A program made the translations under genes and the position numbers. A DNA stretch of 64,000 bases, from contig JAWBTW010000001.1 of the NCBI GenBank assembly GCA_039000165.1, positions 13,179 through 77,178 of the forward strand. The letters run 5' to 3'. The stretch comes from Candidatus Aenigmatarchaeota archaeon (lineage in GTDB: Archaea; Aenigmatarchaeota; Aenigmatarchaeia; CG10238-14; SCSR01). The notes beneath the pieces were generated by a model. The model was not told the origin of the DNA, did no database searches, and saw only the letters and a list, made by a program, of their open reading frames with translations. The first letter of the stretch is position 1, and each line of letters opens with the position of its first letter. Positions 48,029 through 57,459 of the stretch are shown here, piece after piece.

Positions 48029-48525
48029 GCTAGTTGAATTTTCCTTTTTATCCAGTAGGTTTCCTCTTCGCTTCTTTCCTCTTCCTTCTTTTCCTCTTCC
48101 ACTTTTTCTTCTCTGGGTTTTTCTTCTGTTGGAGCAAACTCTCTTATTTTATTAGCAATACTTTTTATTTCCTCTTCACTCATAGCTATAGGCTGAGCTT
48201 CCATTAAAGGAATTTCTTTCTCGAAGATAGGATAAATCCTCACGTGAAAGTGGGGAACTATTTCCGAATTTATGACCGAGAAGCTTATTTGTCTTGGCCT
48301 TAAACTTTTCTTAATCATTTCTGCAACTTTTAAGGCAGAAGAAAAAACCTTTGTTGATATCTCAAGATTTTCGTCAAAATTTTGGTAATGTTGTTTAGGA
48401 ATAACTATGCTCATTCCTACGCTTCTTGGGTTGATGTCAAGAAAAGCAAGCGTGGCTTCGTCTTCATAAATTATGTTACTCGGAATTAATTTTTTTACTA
48501 TGTTGCAAAACACGCACTTTTCCAT
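48025..48525 (-). CDS. HIT-family (histidine triad) nucleotide hydrolase
   Basis: PHFHVRIYP (HxHxHxx) motif. Confidence 0.7.
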   Translation of the reverse strand: MEKCVFCNIVKKLIPSNIIYEDEATLAFLDINPRSVGMSIVIPKQHYQNFDENLEISTKVFSSALKVAEMIKKSLRPRQISFSVINSEIVPHFHVRIYPIFEKEIPLMEAQPIAMSEEEIKSIANKIREFAPTEEKPREEKVEEEKKEEERSEEETYWIKRKIQLA

Positions 48526-48569
48526 AGTTTTAAATTCCTTTCCCGAGTTATAAATTTATTGCCTCGAAT

Positions 48570-48612
48570 TAAACTTTTATTTATTTGCATATAAACATTA
48601 TAAATCAAAAAA
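48570..48612 (+). promoter_or_regulatory. Candidate archaeal TATA/BRE region for the L3 operon, followed by a GGTGG Shine-Dalgarno at 48622-48626
   Basis: AT-rich tttatttatttgcatataaacattataaat 20-60 nt upstream of the GTG start at 48631. Confidence 0.25.
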
Positions 48613-48630
48613 GTCTAGAAAGGTGGAAAA

Positions 48631-49611
48631 GTGGTTAAAGAAAGTAAACCAAGGAGCGGAAGTTTAGCCTTTTACCCAAGAAAAAGAGCTAGAAGAATCT
48701 ATCCAAGAATCAAAACTTATCCAGAATCCGAAAAAGCTAAAATTCTTGCGTTTGCTGGTTATAAAGTTGGGATGGCTCAGGCTATCGTGGTTGATACAAG
48801 AAAGGAATCACCCACTTTCGGTCAAGAAATTTCTGTTCCAGTAACCATACTGGATTGCCCTCCTCTTAAGGTTGTAGGAATAAGGGCGTACCAACAAACA
48901 AAAAAAGGTTTAAAAGTGTTTACAGAAGCTTGGACAAAAGATTTGCCAAAGGATTTGGAAAGAAAAGTAAAAGTTAAGCCAAAAGAGGAAAATCTAAAAA
49001 AAATTGAAGAAAATATCGATAAGGTTTCTAAGATAAGATTGATAGTTTGCACTCAACCAAGAATTTCTGGGGTAAAAAAGAAAAAGCCAGAAGTTTTTGA
49101 GATAGAAGTTGGTGGGAAAGACGTAAAAGAAAAGTTTGAGTTTTCAAAAAGCTTGTTCGGAAAAGAAATAAGCGTAAAAGATTTTGTTAGAGAAGGCGAG
49201 CTTGTTGATGTTATAGCAGTAACAAAGGGAAAAGGTTTTGCTGGTCCAGTAAAAAGGTTTGGTGTTAAAATTCAAGTGAGACACGCGAAAAAAAAGAGAA
49301 GGCATGTTGGTACTTTAGGTTCACAAGTTCCAAGAAGGGTTTTGTATACAGTACCCCAAGCAGGCCAGCTAGGTTTCCAAACGAGAACAGAGTTCAACAA
49401 AAGAGTTTTGAAGGTTGGAGAAAACGGAAAAGAAATAACTCCAAAAGGAGGGTTTGTAAGGTATGGAATATTGGGTTCACACTATATTTTACTTCAAGGC
49501 TCTGTTCCCGGGCCTAGAAAAAGGTTAATAATGCTTAGGCATGCTATAAGGCCAGGAAGAGTTAAGTTCCTTCCTGTAGAAATAAAGGAAATAGTAGTAA
49601 AAAGTGGTTAA
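48631..49611 (+). CDS. rpl3: Ribosomal protein L3 (uL3)
   Basis: 326 aa, GTG start, first gene of the conserved cluster. Confidence 0.9.
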   Translation: MVKESKPRSGSLAFYPRKRARRIYPRIKTYPESEKAKILAFAGYKVGMAQAIVVDTRKESPTFGQEISVPVTILDCPPLKVVGIRAYQQTKKGLKVFTEAWTKDLPKDLERKVKVKPKEENLKKIEENIDKVSKIRLIVCTQPRISGVKKKKPEVFEIEVGGKDVKEKFEFSKSLFGKEISVKDFVREGELVDVIAVTKGKGFAGPVKRFGVKIQVRHAKKKRRHVGTLGSQVPRRVLYTVPQAGQLGFQTRTEFNKRVLKVGENGKEITPKGGFVRYGILGSHYILLQGSVPGPRKRLIMLRHAIRPGRVKFLPVEIKEIVVKSG

Positions 49612-49612
49612 A

Positions 49613-49963
49613 ATGGATGAAATAGAAGAATTGACAAAAAAAATCGTTGAGTTTAGAGATAAAAGAGATTGGAAAAAGTTTCACACTTTTAAAGATTTAG
49701 CCATAGACATTTCTGTAGAGGCTGCAGAACTTTTGGAAATATTTTTATGGAAAAAAGAAAACGAACTAGAAAAAGTTGTAAAAGAAAAAAGAGAGGAAAT
49801 AAAGGAAGAGTTAGCAGACGTTTTAATTTCATCATTTCTTTTGGCGCATGATTTGGGTTTGGATGTTTATGAAATAGTTAAGGAAAAAATTAAGAAAAAT
49901 GAAATAAAGTATCCAGTAGAAAAATTTAAAGGTGTGGCTAAAAAATACAGCGAAGTGGTATAA
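49613..49963 (+). CDS. MazG-like all-alpha NTP pyrophosphohydrolase, embedded between rpl3 and rpl4
   Basis: EAAELLE and EELADVL metal-binding motifs; stop overlaps the rpl4 ATG (ATGA). Confidence 0.6.
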   Translation: MDEIEELTKKIVEFRDKRDWKKFHTFKDLAIDISVEAAELLEIFLWKKENELEKVVKEKREEIKEELADVLISSFLLAHDLGLDVYEIVKEKIKKNEIKYPVEKFKGVAKKYSEVV

Positions 49964-50769
49964 TGAAAGCAAACGTTTTTGATTTAGAAGGGAATGTTGT
50001 AGAAAAAGTAGAATTACCTAAGATTTTTGAGGAAAAGGTTAGAGAAGACTTGATACTTAGAGCTTTTCTAGCTACTATGAGCAAGAAAAGACAACCTTAT
50101 GGCACGGATGTAATGGCAGGGAAAAGAAGTTCGGCACATTATCATGGAGTGAGAAGAGAAAGATGGACTATGATGAATCGTGAAATGGCAAGAATGCCTC
50201 GTTTACACGGAAAAATTTCTCCTCATCTGATGTGGCGGGCAAGGTTTGTGCCCCAAGCAGTCAAAGGAAGAGAAGCTCATCCGCCAAAAGTTGAAAAAAT
50301 TTGGGAACAGAAAATAAATAAAAAGGAAAGAAGAAAAGCTATTCGTTCAGCAATAGCTGCCACTGCGATTAAGGATTTGGTCCTGAAAAGGGGACATAAA
50401 GTTGAAAAAATAGAGGTGCCTATAGTTGTTGAAGACAAAATCCAGGAAGTAAAGAAAAGTAAGGAGCTTGAGGAATTTCTCAAAAAAATTGGTCTAGAGG
50501 AGGAGCTTAAAAGAATAAGGAAAAAAAAGGTAAGAGCAGGAAAAGGAAAGATGAGAGGGAGAAAATACAGAAGAAAAGTTGGACCTTTGATAGTTATAGC
50601 AGAAGATAAAGGAATAGTTAAAGCTGCTAAAAACTTACCTGGAATAGATGTCTGTAGAGTTGAAAATTTGTCTGTTGAAATGCTTGCTCCTGGAGCACAT
50701 GTTGGCAGATTGACTATATGGACAAAATCGGCTTTGGAGAGATTGGGTGAGAAAGGTGGATCCTTATAA
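49963..50769 (+). CDS. rpl4: Ribosomal protein L4 (uL4)
   Basis: 268 aa, conserved order. Confidence 0.9.
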   Translation: MKANVFDLEGNVVEKVELPKIFEEKVREDLILRAFLATMSKKRQPYGTDVMAGKRSSAHYHGVRRERWTMMNREMARMPRLHGKISPHLMWRARFVPQAVKGREAHPPKVEKIWEQKINKKERRKAIRSAIAATAIKDLVLKRGHKVEKIEVPIVVEDKIQEVKKSKELEEFLKKIGLEEELKRIRKKKVRAGKGKMRGRKYRRKVGPLIVIAEDKGIVKAAKNLPGIDVCRVENLSVEMLAPGAHVGRLTIWTKSALERLGEKGGSL

Positions 50770-51016
50770 AATTTTACGTTATCCTTATTTAACAGAAAAA
50801 TCGATAAGTTTGGTGGAGAAGGAAAATAAAATAGTTTTTATAGTAGACAGGAGAGCTACAAAAAAGCAAATTAAAGAAGCTTTCGAAAAACTTTTTGAGG
50901 TAAAAGTTGAAAAAGTTAACACAGAAATAACTTTAAAAGGAGAGAAAAAAGCTTATATAAAATTGAAGCCTGAGTATAAGGCTATAGACGTTGCGATGAA
51001 ACTTGGAATGGTCTAA
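50747..51016 (+). CDS. rpl23: Ribosomal protein L23 (uL23)
   Basis: 89 aa. Confidence 0.85.
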   Translation: MRKVDPYKILRYPYLTEKSISLVEKENKIVFIVDRRATKKQIKEAFEKLFEVKVEKVNTEITLKGEKKAYIKLKPEYKAIDVAMKLGMV

Positions 51017-51025
51017 GGTGTAACT

Positions 51026-51730
51026 ATGGGGAAGAGAATAATAGCAAGGGCAAGAGGAAAAGGTGGTCCAAGGTATAGGGCGCCAAGTCATAGATATTTG
51101 GGTAGAGTAACTTATGCTCCTGTCACTGGAATTTCAGGTAAAGTTTTAGACATAGTTCATGACCCAGCTCGTTCAGCTCCTGTTGCAATAATCAAATTGG
51201 AAGATGGGAGAGAAGTTTTACATATTGCTCCAGAAGGTCTAAGAGCAGGAGACTTAATAGCTTACGATGGTGAACCAAAGGTTGGCAATGTTTTGCCTTT
51301 AGAAAAAATTCCTGAAGGAACAAAGATTTGTTGTATAGAAACATACCCTGGTTCCGGACCTAAGCTTTGTAGGAGCTCTGGTAGCTTCTCTATAGTTTTA
51401 GGAAAAACAAAAGATAAGGTTAAGGTTCAGTTTCCTTCTGGCAAAATAAGAGAGCTTGATAAGGATTGTAGAGCAATGATAGGTGTGCCAGCAGGAGGGG
51501 GAAGAATTGAAAAACCATTCATTAAAGCAGGAAAAAAGTTTTATGCTATGAAAGCAAGGGGAAAGTTATGGCCAAGAGTTAAAGGCGTAGTTATGTCACC
51601 AGTTGACCATCCTTATGGAGGAAAAAGTCATAGACCAAGACCAAGCAAAACTGTTTCAAGACATGCTCCTCCGGGAGCAAAGGTGGGAAGTATTGCTGCA
51701 AGAAGAACAGGGAGAAAGAAGGGGAGTTAA
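51026..51730 (+). CDS. rpl2: Ribosomal protein L2 (uL2)
   Basis: 234 aa, C-terminal GGKSHRPRP-type motif. Confidence 0.9.
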   Translation: MGKRIIARARGKGGPRYRAPSHRYLGRVTYAPVTGISGKVLDIVHDPARSAPVAIIKLEDGREVLHIAPEGLRAGDLIAYDGEPKVGNVLPLEKIPEGTKICCIETYPGSGPKLCRSSGSFSIVLGKTKDKVKVQFPSGKIRELDKDCRAMIGVPAGGGRIEKPFIKAGKKFYAMKARGKLWPRVKGVVMSPVDHPYGGKSHRPRPSKTVSRHAPPGAKVGSIAARRTGRKKGS

Positions 51731-51731
51731 A

Positions 51732-52001
51732 ATGAATAAGTACTTGGAAAAAATTTTAGGAGTATACGGAGAAACTAAAGAAAAAGTTGAAAAGGATTTC
51801 TGGAAAAAAGAGGTACCATTGTCTTTGGCTTTTTGCGTAGCATCAATTGTTTATCCCTATTTTGGTTTTCTTTCGATGTATTTTTCGATTCGTGGAATAG
51901 CACACGTGGAAAAACTAAGAAGGTTAAAGTATAAAAGTTATGAAGAAGAAGCTAAAAAATGGGAAGGAAAGATAAGAACTTTACTTTCTAAGGTGGAATA
52001 A
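51732..52001 (+). CDS. Small membrane protein of unknown function inserted between rpl2 and rps19
   Basis: 90 aa, ATG 2 nt after the rpl2 stop, one TM segment LSLAFCVASIVYPYFGFLSMYF. Confidence 0.35.
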   Translation: MNKYLEKILGVYGETKEKVEKDFWKKEVPLSLAFCVASIVYPYFGFLSMYFSIRGIAHVEKLRRLKYKSYEEEAKKWEGKIRTLLSKVE

Positions 52002-52406
52002 ATGGCAAAAGTATTTACTTATAGGGGCTACACCTTAGAAGAACTTAAAAAAATGAGTATAAACGAGTTCGCTAAGCTTTTGACTGCTAGAGAAAGGAGA
52101 AGTCTTCTTAGAGGACTTACAGAAAGGCAGAAGAAGTTGTTAGAAGAAATAAGGAAAAACCCTGACAAATTTCATAAAACTCACGAAAGGGATATGATCA
52201 TTCTTCCTGAAATGGTTGGTGCAAAGATTGGAGTTTACGTTGGTGGTGCAAAAAAAGGAGAAAGTGGGAAGTGGGCGCCAGTAGTAATTACGCCAGAAAT
52301 GATTGGTCATAGGCTTGGTGAATTTGCCCCAACTTGTAAAAGAGTAAAGCATTCAGCTCCTGGTGTTGGAGCTACTCGTGGTTCAAAGCACGTGGCAATA
52401 AAGTGA
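52002..52406 (+). CDS. rps19: Ribosomal protein S19 (uS19)
   Basis: 134 aa. Confidence 0.9.
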   Translation: MAKVFTYRGYTLEELKKMSINEFAKLLTARERRSLLRGLTERQKKLLEEIRKNPDKFHKTHERDMIILPEMVGAKIGVYVGGAKKGESGKWAPVVITPEMIGHRLGEFAPTCKRVKHSAPGVGATRGSKHVAIK

Positions 52407-52410
52407 TTTT

Positions 52411-52770
52411 ATGAAAACAGCTTCTGCTTTGCTAGAAGATGCAAGAGTTTCTCTCGAGCATTGTGTAATTATTTGCAGAGAGTTGAAGAATAAAAAAGTT
52501 GGGGAAGCAAAAAAATTCCTAGAAATGCTCATAGATAAAAAAATTAGTTTGAACGGAAAGTATTATACTAAAGCTGCAAAACAAATTCTTGAAATTTTAA
52601 AGAGTGCTGAGGCAAATGCAAAAGTAAAAAACTTAAACCAAGAAAAACTTTTTATTAAAGTTGCGAAAGCTGATAAGGGAAGAGTGTTTATTAGGCCAAA
52701 ATCAAGATGGCGTTTTAGAGGAAGGAAAGCAAAGGTTACGAGAATAGAAATAATTTTGGGTGAAAGATAA
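52411..52770 (+). CDS. rpl22: Ribosomal protein L22 (uL22)
   Basis: 119 aa. Confidence 0.85.
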   Translation: MKTASALLEDARVSLEHCVIICRELKNKKVGEAKKFLEMLIDKKISLNGKYYTKAAKQILEILKSAEANAKVKNLNQEKLFIKVAKADKGRVFIRPKSRWRFRGRKAKVTRIEIILGER

Positions 52771-53444
52771 TGGCAGTAGAGAAGCTTTTTGTGAAAGAAG
52801 GAATAAAGGAAGCACAAATAGAGGAGTTTTTAGCCAAAAAGTTTGAGAAAGCTGGTTATAGCCATACAGATATCCAAAGAACTCCTTTGGGTGTTAGGAT
52901 TATAGTTTATGCTCATAAGCCTGGTTTAGTTGTAGGAAAATCAGGAAAAAAAATAAAGGATATAACAGAAGAGTTAAAGGAAAAATTTAACTTGGAAAAC
53001 CCTCTCTTGGATGTTAGAGAAGTTGAAAATCCTTTGCTAGATGCTAATATAGTTGCTAGAAGAGTAGCAAAAGCTATAGAAAAAGGTGTAAACTTCAAGA
53101 AGGTTGCGAACTATTATGTACAAAAAGTGATGGAAGCTGGAGCCATAGGAGTACAAATAAGGATAGGGGGGAAGCTTGCAGGAAAAGAAAGAAGTAGGTT
53201 CCAAAAGTTTAAAAAAGGTTTCGTTGCTTTTTCCGGAGATTATGCTGAAACTTTAGTTGATGTAGGTTATGCTCAAGCTATGATTAAACCAGGAATAGTT
53301 GGAATTAAGGTCCATATAATGAGAGAGGCCCCCAAAGAGTTGGAGTTTGAGAAAGGAATAAAAAAGGAAAAAGAATTTAAAGCAGCAGAAGAAATAGAAA
53401 AGAAGGAGGAAAGTGGTGAGGAAAAGCCTTCAAGTGAAAAATAA
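52770..53444 (+). CDS. rps3: Ribosomal protein S3 (uS3)
   Basis: KH domain; acidic/lysine-rich tail. Confidence 0.9.
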   Translation: MAVEKLFVKEGIKEAQIEEFLAKKFEKAGYSHTDIQRTPLGVRIIVYAHKPGLVVGKSGKKIKDITEELKEKFNLENPLLDVREVENPLLDANIVARRVAKAIEKGVNFKKVANYYVQKVMEAGAIGVQIRIGGKLAGKERSRFQKFKKGFVAFSGDYAETLVDVGYAQAMIKPGIVGIKVHIMREAPKELEFEKGIKKEKEFKAAEEIEKKEESGEEKPSSEK

Positions 53445-53486
53445 ATTTTTTAAATCCTTCTATATTTTTAAGGGTTAGTTTGCATT

Positions 53487-53696
53487 ATGGTAGAACTTAA
53501 AGCCAAGCAGTTAAGAGAAATGAAACTTGAAGATTTGAATAAAAAGCTTTCTGAGTTGAGATTAGAGCTTATGAAAGAAATAGCGAACGCAAAACTCGGA
53601 AGACCTGTTAAAAATCCTGGAAAGATTAGGGAATTGAAAAAAGCCATAGCAAGGATTTTGACCATTAAAAAAGAAAAGAGTGGAGGAAAGAAGTAA
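53487..53696 (+). CDS. rpl29: Ribosomal protein L29 (uL29)
   Basis: 69 aa coiled-coil. Confidence 0.85.
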   Translation: MVELKAKQLREMKLEDLNKKLSELRLELMKEIANAKLGRPVKNPGKIRELKKAIARILTIKKEKSGGKK

Positions 53697-53698
53697 AA

Positions 53699-53998
53699 AT
53701 GCCGGAAGTTTGCCCAAAGTGTGGACTTCCCGTTGAATTGTGTGTTTGTAAAACAATAGAAAGAGAAACAGAAAAAATCAGAGTGTTCATAGAGAGAAGA
53801 AGGTTTGACAAACCAATAACAATAATAGAAGGAATAAAAGAAAATGCAAAAGAAATAACTTCTCACCTTAAACAGAAGCTTGCTTGTGGAGGAACTTTCA
53901 AGAAAGGACATATCGAGCTTCAAGGCGATCACAGAGCAAAAATAAAGGAGCTTTTAGTTAAACTTGGATATTCAGAAGATTTAATTGAAATAATGTAG
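53699..53998 (+). CDS. sui1: Translation initiation factor SUI1 (aIF1) with N-terminal Zn knuckle
   Basis: CPKCGLPVELCVC followed by a SUI1 domain. Confidence 0.8.
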   Translation: MPEVCPKCGLPVELCVCKTIERETEKIRVFIERRRFDKPITIIEGIKENAKEITSHLKQKLACGGTFKKGHIELQGDHRAKIKELLVKLGYSEDLIEIM

Positions 53999-54272
53999 CT
54001 TAAAGAAACAGCTCTATTTCAACAATGTTTTTCAGTTCACTTAGGGCTAACTTTGAAATTTTTGTTAAAATAAATTTTCTGTGAGTTATGTAAAATGTTG
54101 AAGTTGCAGCTCCCTGTCAGCTTTAAGCTTTCTTAAACTCTTGGGGATTGAACTTTTCTAAAGAGGTTGCTCTGGAAACGACGCTTCCAAATAGCTTGCG
54201 TGATAAAACCGAACCCAAAAATGAATTTGAATCGAAGACAAGAGTTAAATTAAGCGTTGAGTAATTAATAAT

Positions 54273-54557
54273 ATGCCAATTACTCCGGAAAACTTAGTTA
54301 GGCATGAGCTTATAGGTTTAGAAGTAAAAATCAAAGAGAGTACAGACCCAACTCTTAAGAACCTGAAAGGTAGAATAATAGACGAAACTTATAACACTTT
54401 TAGGATAGAAACTAAGGAGGGAAAAGAAAAGGTTATCCCTAAAAAGAATTGTATATTTATATTTGTTCTGCCTAATAAAACAAAAGTACAAGTTGATGGT
54501 CGGATATTGGTGGCAAGACCAGAAGATAGGATAAAAAAGAAGTTTAAGAGATGGTAG
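54273..54557 (+). CDS. rnp1: RNase P protein component 1 (Rpp29/Pop4)
   Basis: 94 aa, conserved position before rps17. Confidence 0.8.
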   Translation: MPITPENLVRHELIGLEVKIKESTDPTLKNLKGRIIDETYNTFRIETKEGKEKVIPKKNCIFIFVLPNKTKVQVDGRILVARPEDRIKKKFKRW

Positions 54558-54883
54558 GGATGAGAGACATTGGCATAGACGTTAAGCCTCCAGAAAAGGA
54601 ATGTAACGATGAAAAATGCCCCTTCCATGGAAGGCTAAAGATTAGAGGTAAGATTCTTGAAGGAAAGGTAGTATCAGCTAAGGCACAAAAAACAGTGATA
54701 GTTGAAAGAGACTATCTTCTGTACATCCCAAAGTATGAAAGATATGAAAGGAGAAGGTCAAGAATTCCGGCTTATAATCCTGAATGTATAAACGCAAAGG
54801 AAGGTGACACAGTAAAGATAGCAGAATGCAGACCATTAAGCAAAACAAAAAGCTTTGTTGTGATAGAAGTTGTACGAAAGTGA
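54551..54883 (+). CDS. rps17: Ribosomal protein S17 (uS17)
   Basis: [10 protein letters not shown] Zn motif. Confidence 0.9.
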   Translation: MVGMRDIGIDVKPPEKECNDEKCPFHGRLKIRGKILEGKVVSAKAQKTVIVERDYLLYIPKYERYERRRSRIPAYNPECINAKEGDTVKIAECRPLSKTKSFVVIEVVRK

Positions 54884-54887
54884 GAGT

Positions 54888-55178
54888 ATGAGTTTTATCG
54901 AACCTACTTTTAAAAAAATAATATTGGAACTTTATCAAAAGGAAAGGTTAACCAAAGATGAAATAGCAGCAATAATCGAACCTCAACTTAAAAATTTTCC
55001 TTCAGAAACAAAAAAAGTTGAAGCTTACAGAAGTGCAAATGCTTATGCTAGATTCTTGGAAAAGGCTAATTATGCTATTAGATTTAGCCATAAAGGAAGA
55101 GATTATACCTTGCAGATTACAAAAAAAGGCAAAGAGGCTGCTAAAAAATTAAAGGCGATGAAAAATGAAAGCAGTTAA
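54888..55178 (+). CDS. Hypothetical winged-helix-like small protein inserted between rps17 and rpl14
   Basis: About 96 aa; overlaps both neighbours by 14 nt; basic C-terminal wing [25 protein letters not shown]. Confidence 0.35.
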   Translation: MSFIEPTFKKIILELYQKERLTKDEIAAIIEPQLKNFPSETKKVEAYRSANAYARFLEKANYAIRFSHKGRDYTLQITKKGKEAAKKLKAMKNESS

Positions 55179-55563
55179 AGCAAGGGTAACAAAAGCTTTG
55201 AACGTTGGAAGTTATGTAGTTTGCGCAGACAATACAGGAGCGAAACTTTTGAAAATAATTTCAGTTTTTGGCTATAAAGGAAGGAGAAGAAGACAACCAA
55301 AGGCAGGAGTTGGGGATATGGTTAAAGTAACGGTAAAAGAAGGGGATGTAAAAATAAGAAAACAAGTTCTAAACGCTGTAATAATAAGACAAAAAGCTGA
55401 GTATAGGAGATTAGAAGGGATAAGAGTTAAGTTTGAGGACAACGCTGCGGTGATAGTAGATGAGAATGGTGAACCAAAAGGAACCGAAATCAAAGGACCC
55501 GTAGCAAGAGAGGCTGTTGAAAGGTTTTCAGGAATAGGTAAGATTGCAAGTATGGTGGTATAA
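55165..55563 (+). CDS. rpl14: Ribosomal protein L14 (uL14)
   Basis: 132 aa. Confidence 0.9.
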   Translation: MKAVKARVTKALNVGSYVVCADNTGAKLLKIISVFGYKGRRRRQPKAGVGDMVKVTVKEGDVKIRKQVLNAVIIRQKAEYRRLEGIRVKFEDNAAVIVDENGEPKGTEIKGPVAREAVERFSGIGKIASMVV

Positions 55564-55938
55564 ATGAAACCAAAATCAAAGAAACCAAGAAAACAAAGAA
55601 AATTTTTGTACAAAGCTCCCTTACACTTAAGAAGAAAGATGATTTCTGCTCATTTGTCAAAGGAGCTAAGAGAGAAATATAAAACAAGGAGTTTACCGCT
55701 GAGGAAAGGCGATGAAGTTGAAATAATGAGGGGTGAATTCAAAAAAAGAAGAGGGAAAGTTTCTAGAATAGACACAAAAAAATATAAAGTCTATATAGAA
55801 GGGGTAACCAGAAAAAGAACTGATGGTACAGAAAGGCAAGTCCCAATCCATCCTTCAAACCTAAGAATAATAAATTTAAACCTTGAGGATAAAAGAAGAG
55901 TTAAAATACTAGAAAGAAAAATGAAGGGAAAAGAATGA
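55564..55938 (+). CDS. rpl24: Ribosomal protein L24 (uL24)
   Basis: KOW domain. Confidence 0.9.
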   Translation: MKPKSKKPRKQRKFLYKAPLHLRRKMISAHLSKELREKYKTRSLPLRKGDEVEIMRGEFKKRRGKVSRIDTKKYKVYIEGVTRKRTDGTERQVPIHPSNLRIINLNLEDKRRVKILERKMKGKE

Positions 55939-56618
55939 AACTTAAAAGATTGCTTGCCCCAGAGTTTTGGAAACAGCCTAAGAAAGTTTTTAAATTTACT
56001 GTAAGCCCTAGACCTGGACCGCATAAAAAGTTTGAGTGTATACCTTTGTTAATAATAGTAAGAGATATACTAAAGCTTGCAGAAACTGGGAAAGAAGCAA
56101 AAAGGATAATTAAAAATGGGGAAATTTTAGTTGATGGTAGAAAAAGAAAAGATCATGCTTACCCTGTAGGGTTAATGGACGTTGTTTCTATCCCTAAGAT
56201 AGATAGACATTTTAGAATTCTGCCAGGACTAAAAGGATTAGAAGTTGTTGAAATAGGTAAGGAAGAAGCGAACCAAAAGCTTTGTAGGATAAACAATAAA
56301 ACAGCAGTTAAAGGTGGGAAAATTCAACTCAACCTCCATGACGGAAGGAACATTCTGATAGAAAAGGAAAAAGATGAATATAAAACTGGAGATTCTGTTT
56401 TGATAGAAGTACCTTCTCAAAGGATTTTAAAGCACATCAGGCTTAAACCTGGTTCAATAGGAATAATTTTGAAAGGACAAAACTCAGGAAAAAGAGCAAA
56501 AGTAGAAGAAATAATAGAGAGAAGAAGCCTGAAAGAATCTAAGAAAATTATTTGTAGTTTGGAGGATAAAAAAGTTGAGATAAGTAAAGACTATTTCTTT
56601 GTAATAGAAGAGGGATAA
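55935..56618 (+). CDS. rps4e: Ribosomal protein S4e
   Basis: 227 aa. Confidence 0.9.
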   Translation: MKLKRLLAPEFWKQPKKVFKFTVSPRPGPHKKFECIPLLIIVRDILKLAETGKEAKRIIKNGEILVDGRKRKDHAYPVGLMDVVSIPKIDRHFRILPGLKGLEVVEIGKEEANQKLCRINNKTAVKGGKIQLNLHDGRNILIEKEKDEYKTGDSVLIEVPSQRILKHIRLKPGSIGIILKGQNSGKRAKVEEIIERRSLKESKKIICSLEDKKVEISKDYFFVIEEG

Positions 56619-56619
56619 G

Positions 56620-57129
56620 ATGGGAGAAAATCCTATGAGGAAAATAAGAATAGAGAAAGTAACTTTAAACGTGGGTTGTGCGGCTGATGTTCAAAAAATA
56701 GAAAGGGCAAAAAAGCTTTTAGAATACTTGACTGGAAGAAAAGCTGTTGTAACGAAATCTAAAAGAAGAAGCACTTTTGGAGTAGCAAAAGGAAAGCCAG
56801 TTGGGGTAAAAGTAACTTTAAGGAAAGAGAAGGCTTTGGAATTTTTAAAGAAGGCTTTGGAAGCTGTAGATAAAAAGATTGAAGCTTCCAAGTTTGATAA
56901 GGATGGGAATTTTAGTTTTGGGATTAAAGAGTACATAGAAATTCCAGGTGTGAAATATTCGCATGAAATTGGAATGCTTGGTTTGGATGTTTGCGTAACT
57001 CTGGAAAGGCCAGGCTTTAGGATTAAAAGGAGAAGAATACAAAAAAGAAAAATTCCTAAGGAGCATAGAATAACAAGGGAAGAGGCTATGGAATGGATTA
57101 AAAAAAACTTTGGGGTTGAGATAATTTGA
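56620..57129 (+). CDS. rpl5: Ribosomal protein L5 (uL5)
   Basis: 169 aa. Confidence 0.9.
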   Translation: MGENPMRKIRIEKVTLNVGCAADVQKIERAKKLLEYLTGRKAVVTKSKRRSTFGVAKGKPVGVKVTLRKEKALEFLKKALEAVDKKIEASKFDKDGNFSFGIKEYIEIPGVKYSHEIGMLGLDVCVTLERPGFRIKRRRIQKRKIPKEHRITREEAMEWIKKNFGVEII

Positions 57130-57287
57130 ACGAGATTAAACTTTTGATGCTAACAACAAAAATAAACGGAATATTGCTTAAAAAGGCAGAAATAGAGAAA
57201 AGCTTAGAAGTTTACGCGCATTTGCTTGAAATTCCCGTAGAAAGTGAAGAAAATATAATAGAAATTTTAGGAAACATGGGTGGTTAA

Positions 57288-57428
57288 ATGAAAAAGTATG
57301 GAAGGGCAACAAGACCTTGTAAGAGATGCGGAAAAACAAAAGGGGTAATTAGAAAGTATGGGTTGTACTATTGTAGACAATGTTTTAGGGAGATAGCAAA
57401 GAAAATTGGGTTTAAAAAGTATTCGTAA
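57288..57428 (+). CDS. rps14: Ribosomal protein S14 (uS14, Zn-binding type Z)
   Basis: 46 aa, CKRCG...CRQC. Confidence 0.85.
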   Translation: MKKYGRATRPCKRCGKTKGVIRKYGLYYCRQCFREIAKKIGFKKYS

Positions 57429-57459
57429 AGATTAAAATTATGAAAAACAATTCTATAAT

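Noticed and set aside
57131-57287. Small ORF between rpl5 and rps14 ending in Gly-Gly as a ubiquitin-like modifier
   Set aside because: At 46 aa it is too short for a beta-grasp fold and there is no conservation evidence. It is mentioned only as a low-confidence element within the r-protein operon finding.
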